From: Vitrella brassicaformis CCMP3155
Taxonomy: Eukaryota > Protista > Chromerida
Reading direction: 5' to 3'
Length of the DNA stretch: 64,000 nucleotides
NCBI GenBank assembly: GCA_001179505.1
Contig: CDMY01000214.1
Coordinates: forward strand, 101,961 to 165,960
The translations under genes and the position numbers were made by a program. Below, piece after piece: positions 12,199 to 23,539 of the stretch (position 1 is the stretch's first letter; the number at the start of each line of letters is the position of its first letter). The notes under the pieces are model-generated. The model made no database searches and had not been told where the DNA came from. It was given only the letters and a program-made list of their open reading frames with translations.

Positions 12199-13520
12199 AT
12201 GCTTGAGAACCGATGCTTGAGAGGACGCGCCAGAGCTCGTCCAGCCTCAGCAGCAGCGGTTTCACGGAGCACCCTAGGCGGCGTACACCTCCCTTTGGAT
12301 CCCCCTTTCCGCGTAGTGGCTGGCCAGTACGAGCGAAGTGGACCGCAAAATGCGCTTCCCCCACTACTGTCGGCTTCTCGTGAGTTTGGGGGTGGTCAGG
12401 CACGTGTCAACGACGCCTGCTACACTTGTTCTACGTCACTGACTCATCCATCGTGTTGTGCTCGCAGGTGAGCCGACGAGTGAAGTTGAGTTATGTGCTG
12501 CACCTATTGCACTGGGCTCGGTGGCACCGCAACGGCATGTACCGTCGTTCCGTGCCAGCGTGCCCAGTCAACGATCTCGAGAAGCTGCATTTTGCAGTGC
12601 AGAAAAGACGGGATAATCTGTGGGTTCTGGAACGTCACGTCGTAGTACGAAACGGTCAGTGAGTGCAGGCGGCTCAGCAGCTGCTCAGTGAGCCAAGACA
12701 TGCAAGAATTGATGGCGAGATGCACCATGGATTTTCTCGCCCCACATCCATTCCCATGGAAGAGGACACAGCTTTCCGAGAGAGCATCGTCAACCACTGG
12801 AGCCAGCTCCTGTCCGTCGAGCTGATGAAGCACAACGCGTTCCAAGTGGCGAGTCGCGCGCAGCGCGCGGCGGCCGCTAGAGGGCCACGGACGTTGTCCA
12901 TTGTTTCTCCATGTATTGTTTCCCTTCGCTTGCTTGATACGAACTCATGCATCTGCTAAATCCACCTGGCGAGATGCATCCGTGCCGCTGGCCAAGCCTT
13001 TCTGTTGCCATGGGGGGCTGAAGGTTGGAGTGGATCAGAGTGTGTGTGGATGGATGTCACCATGGGCTGAGCCATTTATGTATATGGAACAATCGAGACT
13101 TCAGAATTGCTCTGCTTGCTCTGGACGATTGAAGAGACTTGCAATGGCGGACAGCCTCGAATTGGTCAAGCCATTGCAATGCACGAGTTGAATAAAATGT
13201 ACGCAGCCTCTGCTTTGTCGGGTCAGTGACTCTCTTCCTTTGTCTCTCCCTGTGTGTATGTGTGTGTTTATGTGTCTGTGTGCGTGTGGGAAGAGAGGAT
13301 GTGGGGCGATGTATCTCTGAGGTTCAATTGGTGTTCGCCCAGAATGGCTGAGAATGCGTTCAACAGGCCGTGGTGAGACATAACGATGACATCTCGGCAA
13401 GCAGGCTGCAGAGGGTGGTTCACTAGGCCGTCAGCAAGCTCGACTACAAGACAGTGCAGGACCTGCTGCTCGACCTGACAGATCAAACAGACGAAGGCAT
13501 CGATAACGACGAATACGATA
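12199..13520 (+). pseudogene. Probable pseudogene of an unrecognised protein, divergent from FEN1
   Basis: Protein-like, microsatellite-free exon blocks are broken by in-frame stops. ORFs 12426..12662 and 12663..12959 are contiguous across one TGA. A later exon reads VQLVFAQNG*ECVQQAVVRHNDD..VVH*AVSKLDYKTVQDLLLDLTD. Confidence 0.45.
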
Positions 13521-16132
13521 TGCTACACAGCCGTAGTGAGTGTGTTTATTTTCCGGATGCGTATGCGTGTGTGTCGAGGAGACACTACTGAGAGAGACAC
13601 GGCGTCATGCAGAGCTGCCTCTATATCAGCTGTGTGCGTGTCTCTGTGTGTGCAGCGGAACCGACAGCCAGGCCTGTGTGTTCATTCGGGCTGCCTTTGG
13701 TGTCTTGTTTGATCGTCCGCCCGGCGTCCATTCACTTAGTTGGCCCGTTTGTCTTGCCTTGACGGAATGCAATTTCCCTCTTTCTTTAAGAGACACGCGC
13801 AGACACACGCAATCGTCGACATCCAGATCAACGGAATATAAAATGTAGGCATCGATACATCAGCCACGGTGCACATAGCAGAAACGCTCTCCGCCATCCT
13901 TCCCGAGGAGCATAATAGTGTCGATGCTGTCGTGTGCCGACAGCACGTGGTTGAGGCGAGCGACCGCTACGTTCTGGTACACACACATACACAAACACAC
14001 ACACACGTGCACAGGCGGGAAGCGTAAATGAGTTGATGTATGTACCTGTGTAATCACACAGGCACCCGGGGCCGGCGATGACCTCGCAAAGGGCCTTCGC
14101 GTGGCATCTGGCGGCGGTCTCGAAGGGCCAGTTGGTGCTTGCACGAGGGGCAGAGCTGCACGGCGTGATGATGCAGCGATGCTCACCTTCTGTCGTTGAG
14201 ATCGCCAGGTCGTGGACCAGCGGCGTGCACGCCTTGGCCTTCTCGTCATTCGGGGTTGGTGTTCATGATGGTCTTGTACTTCGATAGGCGTGGTACCATG
14301 ACAGCCCTTCTATTCGTTCTGAATACCCGTCGGTGTGGCCATCTTGCTGAACGACATCACAAGGCGTCGGCATCCATCACATGCGGGGTCCGCCTCCTCT
14401 CAATGGCGTGCATTCGCTTACAGGAGATCCATGATGGGAAAGGATGAGGAGGGAGAAAGGCGTACATACTGAATGAGATGATGTATGTACCTGTCTAGTT
14501 TGCTGCATGTATCTGTCGCATCACAGACACATCCCAATGTTCCTGAGCCTCTCGCAGAGGTGATTGACGAAGTCGGTGCCGGAGAGCTGCTCGACTGACG
14601 CCCCACGCATGCCACACAACACAGAGCAGGACGACCGTGTATGTGTCTGTCTGCTCTGTGTTGTGTGGCACGCCGATGCTGATCCTCACTGTTGATGGTC
14701 CTGGCTGTCCCTGCTGTTGAGGAGGTCCATCGCGGCCTTGAACAGACGCACCAACTCGTCAAAGGGGACCACCCACACACCATGCACAAGCAAAATGCAG
14801 ACAAGGCCGTCGGGCGTCGCGTCGGTTCTTTCCATAAGCTCAACTCACCGACGCGCTCGGCTCCGGCCTCCTTGCTGGACGACGACGAAGGCATCGAGCT
14901 CATGCTGCCTGAACGACAGACAGACAGACAGACAGACACAGACAGACAGACAGACAGGCGGACGGACAGCCAGATGACATCAGTGCGCGACCCGTATCTG
15001 TCTGTCTGTCGGCGGTTGAAGCGCAACAGGGGCGTGTCTCTGTGTCTCCACTGTCCGCAGAATATGAAATGTAGCCAGCGATGAGTGTTGTCATGGCCTG
15101 ACATGTCTTGCCGAGGTTTTGTGGGGTGACACTGTCGTCAGCTTCGTCTTCGTCGACCTGGCCCTGTACACAGGCAGCAAACACAGAGGAGTGGAGTGTA
15201 ACGTTGGCTCCCTGCTCCGCAATTGCTGTACTGAATCGCGGCCGAGCACCCCGCGTTCAACCTGTACACGCACACACGCCACACAAGTGATGGATGCGTT
15301 GTGAAAACAAACACAGACGGAAGGCAAAGACAAACACGGCGTGAAGCATTAACGTCTAGTCTCACTTTCGGAGCCCATCGATTCTCAGACCCGATTCTGA
15401 ACCCGATTCTGAAGTCGAAAAATGCGACGTGTGTTATCATCTTTCGTCTTCGTGTGGGCCCTCTTTCTGGTTCTACTTCTCGGCGCAGATGGTGTCTCAC
15501 GCATCTGATACACAGAGAGCGGCGCGGTACCTGATCATTGCTTACCTCGGCCGCTTCCTGACGCCTCCAAGTTGGCCATCCAAGCCTTCTCTTGAACTCG
15601 TTGCTCTCAAACCATCTCCCACGCTGCATCCAAGTACACGGCTGATGGATAGGTAGATGATGCACGACTTTGAATGGTGTCTACGATTTAGCTGTCGAAA
15701 AGATGTGCGTGTCTCTCTGTCTTCACTTGCATCAGGATATAAAATGTAGCCAGCGATGGAGAGAAAGTGCCGATTGTCTCGCTTGTATGGCCTGACCCCT
15801 CCCCTAGCGCCATCGACATGGCTTCGACACAGCACACACACACACACACGATGAACAAAGTCTCCCTCTTCTCCTGCCCCTCTCTGCGTGGCTCTGCGCG
15901 TACTCATGGGGGAATGGTGGGCGTCGAGCAGCGCCACGGGTATCGCCAGGAGCCTCAGCACAGACACACCGCCCTCCGGTGGCGGTGCACGGGTGTGTGT
16001 TGGGTTGGTACCGTTGTTGGTTCCTCCCCATCTCGCTGGTAGCCACTGCCTGCAGATGCCCGTGGCCGTCTTGCTCAGATGCTATGGTCCTCTTCAACTT
16101 GTGTGTGGTCAGCCACACACACACACACACAT

Positions 16133-16167
<35 letters not shown>

Positions 16168-16648
16168 CACATATACGAGGAAACTCGGGTGTGTACCGAT
16201 GTAGTCGGCCAGGCTGCCCAGGAGCAGGACGACCAGCCTGTTGAACTCGTGATCATGGGATGACGCGGCGATTTGGTGGTGTTGAGAGTGCGCTTGACGG
16301 GTGCTGCACACATTACATGAGTCAGGCAGGCAGCACAATCACCACAACACATACATCGTCAGGCGTGTATGTCTGTATGTATGTGTTGTGTGCACGCCAT
16401 GCTCACCGTCGACACACTCCGGTAGCTGCCTGACGACCGGGCTGAGCTCGATGGCCTTGGCGTGAGGTCCGAGAGTGGCGTCAGTGATGATGTCCGCCGC
16501 CTTCTTGAACAGGACCGCCCGCACCTGCATCGGCGAAGTCTTTAACTCCTCACTCTCGTCAGAATATAAAATGTAACCAGCGATGAGCATCGGATCCTGA
16601 CGAGCCGGCCTTGATACATAGCGAAAGTTCATGGCCTTGATACATAGT

Positions 16649-17029
16649 TGTGCGTGTACCGTGAGGGCGAGAGCTTGCTGCGCGCTCACAGAACTGAGCC
16701 GCTGCATGAAGGAGAGGAAAGAAAGTGAGACAGAAGGAAATGTCTCAGACAAGGTCTCAGAGCGATATTACCTCGCTGCTTTCCGACAGAAGGCTGGCCA
16801 ATTCACCGAAATCCGCACGGACAGAAGCCTCAAACCGCCGAACGTGGGACATCTCCTCTCGAACCTCCTGCATACACACATAGACACACACACATAGACA
16901 CACACACACATACACACATCCATCTGCAGGCACTGAGGGCACTTGTGTGGGTTAATACTGTTACGATCAGTCACACGATCAATGAGCTTCGCCTTGATCC
17001 ATTCACCACTGCGCCGCCTTGCCAGATAT
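16649..17029. repeat. 381-bp segmental duplication, copy 1 (copy 2 at 19836-20216)
   Basis: Near-identical sequence, including the intron microsatellite acacacatagacacacacacatagac. Confidence 0.95.
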
Positions 17030-17268
17030 GTGTGCCTCTTCACCGACATATGCCAGGTGTGTCGTAGTTGATGCGAAAGTTCACTGGCGTCTGGCTCTCG
17101 GCCAAACGCATCTCCTGCACACAAATACACACACACACCCATCTGCAGGCACTGAGGGCACCTGTGAGGGTTGGTACCGTCCTTGTGGTGTCGACTTGCC
17201 CACGCAGGGCACCGAACAGCTGGAGAGGGTCGGCCGTCTCATCACGCATCTCCTGCACACACACATAC

Positions 17269-17299
<31 letters not shown>

Positions 17300-18230
17300 T
17301 CTGCAGGCACTGAGGGCACTTGTGTGGGTTGGTACCGTTGTGATGGAGTCGAGCTGGCCACGGACTGGGCCGACCAGCTGGCGAATCTCTGCCATGTACT
17401 TATACTCGACCTGACCTATCGCTGACCGACAAAGGGCAGCATACAGTCTGTATTTATTGTCTCGTCTGTCAATTGGTCTGTCTGTCTGGCTGCTCGATGC
17501 TTACAGACGGGGAGGTCGACCATCGGTGGCGCGGCGATGAGCATCGACTCCTGACGAATCTCCTGAACACACACACACACNNNNNNNNNNNNNNNNNNNN
17601 NNNNNNNNNNNNNNNNNNNNNNNNNNNNNNNNNNNNNNNNNNNNNNNNNNNNNNNNNNNNNNNNNNNNNNNNNNNNNNNNNNNNNNNNNNNNNNNNNNNN
17701 NNNNNNNNNNNNNNNNNNNNNNNNNNNNNNNNNNNNNNNNNNNNNNNNNNNNNNNNNNNNNNNNNNNNNNNNNNNNNNNNNNNNNNNNNNNNNNNNNNNN
17801 NNNNNNNNNNNNNNNNNNNNNNNNNNNNNNNNNNNNNNNNNNNNNNNNNNNNNNNNNNNNNNNNNNNNNNNNNNNNNNNNGACGAATCTCCTGAACACAC
17901 ACACACACACATCTGCCGGCACTGAGGGCACTTGGGTGGGTTGGTACGAATGGGCAAACGGAGGCAGTGCTGTGGCTGGCCTTGTGCCTCTCTCCCTCCC
18001 TCCCTTCCTCCCTCCCCCTCCCTCTCTCTGTCTCTGTGTGTGTGTGTGTGTGTGTGTTGTGTACCGCTGTCACAGTGTCCAGCCACCCTAGACGCCCAAC
18101 CCTGTCTGTCTGTCTATCTGATCATCCCCCCAACTAGCCCCCTCCCTGCCCCCAAGCGTCCTCCACCGTTACGCCGACCAGCTGGCGAAGGTCGGCCGGC
18201 TCCTCACGCATCTCCTGCACACAAATACGG
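16860..18230 (-). repeat. Tandemly repeated exon+intron module with a conserved intron core (plus strand catctgcaggcactgagggcac)
   Basis: The core starts at 16921, 17140, 17298, 17910 (variant) and 20108. Each unit is a short exon starting GAG ATG/GTT CGT (EMR../EVR../EIR..) plus an intron that mostly starts GTAC(C/G)AACCC and ends (TG)n-CAG. Confidence 0.85.
17581..17880. other. Assembly gap (300 N)
   Basis: Run of N; the same 28-mer gacgaatctcctgaacacacacacacac flanks both sides. Confidence 0.99.
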
Positions 18231-18239
18231 CATCGCCAT

Positions 18240-19250
18240 CGTGTCCATGGTCATCCCTCGGGCCTTGGCGACCTTGTGGATGTGCTGGACGTGCCGGATG
18301 ACGTGGGGGTACGTCCGTACCGACTGCACAGACACAGATGACTGCACCGACAGACACCACACACGGAGGAAAAGCTATATGTGGATCATGTGGATGTGTG
18401 TGGGAGTGCACGCTTGCTTTCGATGTCTCACCATCCACCGCCAAAGAGAAGCGTAGATCGCCAGGTCAACGACGGTCATCGACGGGGGGCACACATCGAC
18501 CATGTACGTCTTGTTCCTCAGGTGCCGCTCGATCAACTGCAATGGATGGATGGATGGAGGACACATGTATACACACACACACACACAAACAGAGAGAGAG
18601 AGAGAGAGATTGATGGCATGTACTCTGAATGGATGGCTTCTCTCTCGTGTACATACGATCGATGTATGGACGCACCTTGACGTCTGTCGTCTCGCTGATG
18701 TCGAAGTCCCTGCTGGCGATGAACAGCAGCCAGCGCTTGACGTCAACCTGAATGCATCCATCCATCCAAACCCACCCACTCAGTCCATCACTTCTTTCTG
18801 TGCTGTTGTGTGTTGTGTTTGGTCTATCTACGTTGCGGCGGCCGTAGCCTAATAGCGGGTCCCTCCCGGAACGCAGCTCCGCCAGCTGCGTCAGCACGTC
18901 TGCTGGTCGCCCGTCGATCACCATGTGGCCTCGGAGCAGGTCTGGGAGCTGCACGCACACACGCACAGACACATACATACATACATACATACATGCACCC
19001 TCACTTGACCCTCTTACGCATACACACGACAGTCCATATGATACGTACCTGCAGGCCGCGCCCTCTCAGGTACGACTCGAGCTCTTAATGACTACTCGGC
19101 CGGTCTCCACCAGCCCGGGCAGCCAGGCAGGCCGGGCAAGTGTCGTCTACGAGCAGCCATGGCGATTCGATGAAGCAACTCGGATGCGGTGCCGATGAGC
19201 ACCGCCTCCATCACCATGCATAAGCGTCGACATCGACAACAGCCCCAGAC
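18240..19250 (-). pseudogene. GST-like domain of the Arc1p/p43/tRIP/EF1B type, spliced but with a damaged 5' exon and no cognate downstream domain
   Basis: Phase-0 exons read LPDLLRGHMVIDGRPADVLTQLAELRSGRDPLLGYGRRN|VDVKRWLLFIASRDFDISETTDVK|LIERHLRNKTYMVDVCPPSMTVVDLAIYASLWRWM|..SVRTYPHVIRHVQHIH. This fits GST-like hallmarks (LLG....V..WL.F; L..HL...TY.V; T..DLAIY). The upstream exon has an in-frame stop. Confidence 0.65.
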
Positions 19251-19835
19251 TCAGCACCTCGGTCACTTCACACACCTCTGACACAACCAAACAACCAACC
19301 AATACCAGCCAATGAATGAATGAATGAATCAGCCAACAAACAATACGGAGAAGTCTCCCTGCTCTCCCGTCCCTCTCTCTCTCTGTGTGTGTGTGTGTGT
19401 GTCTGTCTGTCGGTGAGGCTGCGTCCTGATGGGCGAGTGGTGGGTGTCAAGGACCGCGTGTCATTAACTCCTCACTCTCGTCGGAATATAAAATGTAGCC
19501 AGCGATGAGCACCGACAAGCTCTCGAATCTCGGACATCTCCTCACGAGTCCCCTGCACACACACACACACACACACACATCCTCCCTCTGGTCGGTTGAA
19601 CTTTTGACTCGGTTCATGCATCGGGCTCCTTCTACAGACGTCTACGTCTCGTGACGCTGCTGACTTGCTGACTGTCTTGGCTGCATTTCTCTTGTGGCTT
19701 TACCTTGCGTCAGTTTCGCCGTCCGTTGGACACAAGGGCGCCTTTGCGCCAGGTATTGGACGGTAAGGTTCCCTTGGGGAGAGGCCTCCTGGCCTCGCCA
19801 CAAGGGAACGCCATCTCGCTCTCGCCACGAGCATA

Positions 19836-20216
19836 TGTGCGTGTACCGTGAGGGCGAGAGCTTGCTGCGCGCTCGCAGTACTGAGCCGCTGCATGAAGGA
19901 GAGGAAAGAAAGTGAGACAGAAGGACGTGTCTTGGACAAGGTCTCAGAGCGATCTTACCTCACTGCTTTCAGAGAGAAGGCTGGCCAATTCACCGAAATC
20001 CGCACGGACAGAAGCCTCAAACCGCCGAACGTGGGACATCTCCTCTCGAACCTCCTGCATACACACATAGACACACACACATAGACACACACACACATAC
20101 ACACATCCATCTGCAGGCACTGAGGGCACTTGTGTGGGTTAATACTGTTACGATCAGTCACACGATCAATGAGCTTCTCCTTGATCCATTCACCACTGCG
20201 CCGCCTTGCCAGATAT
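19836..20216. repeat. 381-bp segmental duplication, copy 2
   Basis: See 16649-17029. Confidence 0.95.
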
Positions 20217-20399
20217 TCAATGGCTTTTTCCACCGACCACCTATACCTGCAAGTCACGCATACACATATGTGTGTGGGCAGTGCAGACACCATAGACAAT
20301 GTGTGCGTTGTACTTTTCATGAGGATCGCGCATGTGAATGACCACTGCATAGCGAGGTGGGGGATGGTGGGCCTTCAGCGTGTCGATCACGGCCTTGAA

Positions 20400-22455
20400 C
20401 ACCGTGCAATGACAAAGACAGGGCTGTCCCTTCATTTCCACTGACGTCGGGATATGAAATGTAGCAAGCGATATAACACTCCTGGTGGGCAACACCTGAC
20501 GCCACGCCAAAGAGCAAGGGAACGAACGCATGTGTGTGTGTCCACGTGTGTGTGTGTGTGACCCGACTGCACCACGTCTCACCGCCTGGCGTTGCAGCGG
20601 CGATGTCGTGGATGAGTTGGTGGAGCTTGGCGGTCTTGGCCTCGGCCCCCAAGTCAGCGTCCTTGATGGCGTCTGCCGCACGCCGGTATAGGAGCTGCAT
20701 ACCCTCATGCCTTGATTGCCGTACTGGGATCGTGATGGTACCGTCCGCCGAAAGTGAAGCACTGGCGGGGCAGACAGAGAGAGAGACTCACACACAACCG
20801 GTGAGATGGTGGCTGGGTCTTGTGTTGTCTCGATCGTCGATCAGTGACTTGACTTACTTGCCCTCTTGGCTGATGTCGAAGCCCGGCCACTCGTGGGCGC
20901 CGAACGTCAATATCTTGCTGACGCGCATCTTGGGCTGACAAACATACACAGACAGACCACGCAGACACAGACAGAAAGAAAGAATGGAACACACAAGCCG
21001 CCCGTCCGTCTGTCGCCGCCTTGCCTCCATGCGTGTGTGTGTATGTGTATCCCTCCCGCCACACCGCCGCCCACTTACGTCGTTGAAGGCGTCGTTATTG
21101 TTGATGTTGCTGGTGATGGTGTCGGCTGGAGGCGTCTCGCCCTCCTCCTGGTCGACAACGCTCGCCTGACGGGCATGTAGACGCATGCAGAAATGACATA
21201 TGCACATATATGCATGAGTCTAGTGCTCTTATGCGCAGTTCACCGTCTTGTGATTCTTCTTGCGATTCTTCTTGTTGTGCTTCTTCTTCTTGTTGCTCTA
21301 CAGAGAAAGACAAGACACACACATGGACAAGGAGACAAGGAACCCATCCACACAGAGAAGGCCAAGACTCACTCACCTTCTGTTGCTTGGCCACACCACC
21401 GTCACCGTCGGCCCCGCCCTCATCACCGTCACCGTCCTGAATGACAAACATACACCAGCAGGTGCATAGATGGAGACACAGTCGAAATGCACACATTTCT
21501 CCATGACCTACTTGGTCGGTGCCATTGCAATGTAAGCGGGGCTGAGAGAAACGTACAAGCGGTTCATATGGCTCGTGTCCGTGTTAATCCTTCTCCTTAC
21601 TTGTGTGTTCTTGGTGACGTACTCGCCGACTGCAAGCACGGCGTCCTGGGTGCCCGACACGAAGAACTTGACGACGTCCCCACGCACCTGCTTGCCCCAG
21701 ACGCGCACTCTGCAAACGATGAGAAGGAAACGACATGTGGATGTCTCCTCTCCTTCCTGGTCTTGTGTCCATCTGTCTGCCAAATCACTGACTGGAAGGG
21801 GGCGAAGTCCAGCTTGTTGAACTCAGCGAAGGTTACCTCCATCTTCAGCATGACCTTGCCGTAGTTATCCCAGTCTCTGGGGATCTGCATAAGCCAGCAC
21901 GGACATCCGTTCTGTGCGCTCCTCCTTTCCCTCCCCCGCCCCCCTCACACACTTGTACACTGGCCGTCCGCTGGTGTGTGGGTGTCGGCTGGTGGACCTG
22001 CATTACCCCCCCCCCCCCCCCCCCNNNNNNNNNNNNNNNNNNNNNNNNNNNNNNNNNNNNNNNNNNNNNNNNNNNNNNNNNNNNNNNNNNNNNNNNNNNN
22101 NNNNNNNNNNNNNNNNNNNNNNNNNNNNNNNNNNNNNNNNNNNNNNNNNNNNNNNNNNNNNNNNNNNNNNNNNNNNNNNNNNNNNNNNNNNNNNNNNNNN
22201 NNNNNNNNNNNNNNNNNNNNNNNNNNNNNNNNNNNNNNNNNNNNNNNNNNNNNNNNNNNNNNNNNNNNNNNNNNNNNNNNNNNNNNNNNNNNNNNNNNNN
22301 NNNNNNNNNNNNNNNNNNNNNNNNCCCCCCCCCCCCCCCCCACACACACACACTCCCACACATGCAGCTGACGCAGTGTGCGTGTCAGTGTGGATGGGTG
22401 TCCTGACCTCCACTGCTTGAAGGTTCTCGAGGCGCATCTGGCCCGAGAAATACAA
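20400..22455 (-). CDS. Paralog of the FEN1-chimera tail without the nuclease domain ([20 protein letters not shown] domain, Lys-rich exon, IACYISYPD module); gene or pseudogene
   Basis: 21507-22446 is highly similar to 9963-10566, with homology ending abruptly at cgggccagatg. Exons read [30 protein letters not shown]|[36 protein letters not shown]|DGDGDEGGADGD..|SNKKKKHNKKNRKKNHKT|..PKMRVSKILTFGAHEWPGFDISQEG|..QLLYRRAADAIKDADLGAEAK. Confidence 0.6.
22025..22324. other. Assembly gap (300 N) between poly-C tracts
   Basis: Run of N; the paralogous intron at ~10445-10470 has only ~20 bp at this position. Confidence 0.99.
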
Positions 22456-22909
22456 GGCACGAATGGTGGATCCAGACCCTTGGCCTGGCCATCCTCATCG
22501 CCAACCTGAATGACAGCCATCACATATATATGTACACACCATGGCTCGCTGCAGCGAGCCACGGGTGCAGCGAGCCACGGTGTCTTTCACCCACATTGTT
22601 TTTCTTCTTCCACGCCACCGCTGACACCGCTGACAGACAGGGAAACGACGGATGCCCACCATCGGCCAGCCGTGGATTCATGCACGAATGAGTAACTTAC
22701 CTTTCTGCCGTTGAACTCGTCGTCTCTCGTCGTCCTGCTGCGGCACCTCACCCACGCCTTAAGAGGAGATCAGGACGCGTCATTCAGCTTCCCATCCACT
22801 TCCTGTGATACCTGCGCGTAGTCCGCTCCGCTCGCTCAAGCGCCGTACCCGCGCCCGAGGCCTTACGCCTTCCTGCAAGCGTCAAACAATGCGTCCTTTA
22901 GTGGTCCGT

Positions 22910-23539
22910 TTACCTCAATGGATGGTCTTCGGATGACGAGCAGGCGGACGGGAGGGAGGCAGATGAGGAGGAGAATATGCGCCTAGCGACTGGGTCTGCA
23001 GGAAGGAGGAGGGAAGCCACGCAGAAGCGGGAATGATGAAATCCGACAGCGGAAAGAAAGAAAGACTGACCGTCTCTTCGCACACGAATTCTCGCCAGAA
23101 AGATTCCAAAAGTCTCGTCCACGAGAGAGCGTCGCCGAGACACCAAGCACTCTTGGCGAGCTGCCTGACGACAGCAGATATGCAGAGACATGTCGCAGAA
23201 TGTTCGTTTGGCGTTTTTTCTTACCAGCCATGACTCTGCGCGAAGTCGCCGCCATGGCGGCTCCTTGGCGGCCGACGCCAGTGAGCTCATGATGCCTGGA
23301 GGACAGGCGCACAGCCAGCTGACATCAGGACGCGTCCCGCGTCCGTCACGCACTCGCTCACCACAGCAGCGGGTCGTGGGTAGGTGGCGGAAGGCGTCCG
23401 AAAAATGCAGGAGGAGGCGCAGGCGCCAGGAGGGATGCTCTACGATGGCGGGAGGGAAGGAGGGACGAAATATGATGAGAGAGGGAGGAGGGAGGAACGA
23501 ATGCGCCAAGAATGCGGCGGAATGCCTGATTTTCTCCAT
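22910..23539 (-). CDS. Possible intronless hypothetical protein (209 aa), unrecognised
   Basis: The ORF lies in a microsatellite-free stretch. I recognised no motif, so it may be non-coding. Confidence 0.2.
   Translation of the reverse strand: MEKIRHSAAFLAHSFLPPPSLIIFRPSFPPAIVEHPSWRLRLLLHFSDAFRHLPTTRCCGERVRDGRGTRPDVSWLCACPPGIMSSLASAAKEPPWRRLRAESWLVRKNAKRTFCDMSLHICCRQAARQECLVSRRRSLVDETFGIFLARIRVRRDGQSFFLSAVGFHHSRFCVASLLLPADPVARRIFSSSSASLPSACSSSEDHPLR

Larger units (their letters stand above)
13860..20760 (-). other. Tandem array of degenerate copies of an unrecognised protein module (LIAGYILYSDESE..L[FY]..AAD.I.DA.LG..AK...L..L..D....GEH) interleaved with short coiled-coil-like exons
   Basis: The IA[GC]YI[LS]Y[SP][DA] motif occurs at ~15060-15085, 15730-15760, 16555-16590, 19475-19510 and 20445-20480. 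The downstream helix is seen at ~14150-14290 (frameshifted), 14700-14770, 16430-16520 and 20590-20700. Several copies carry stops or frameshifts. Confidence 0.7.

Noticed and set aside
16860-20140. CRISPR-like repeat/spacer appearance of the catctgcaggcactgagggcac array
   Set aside because: The context is eukaryotic, the spacing is irregular, there are no cas genes, and the repeats sit between splice donor and acceptor signals.
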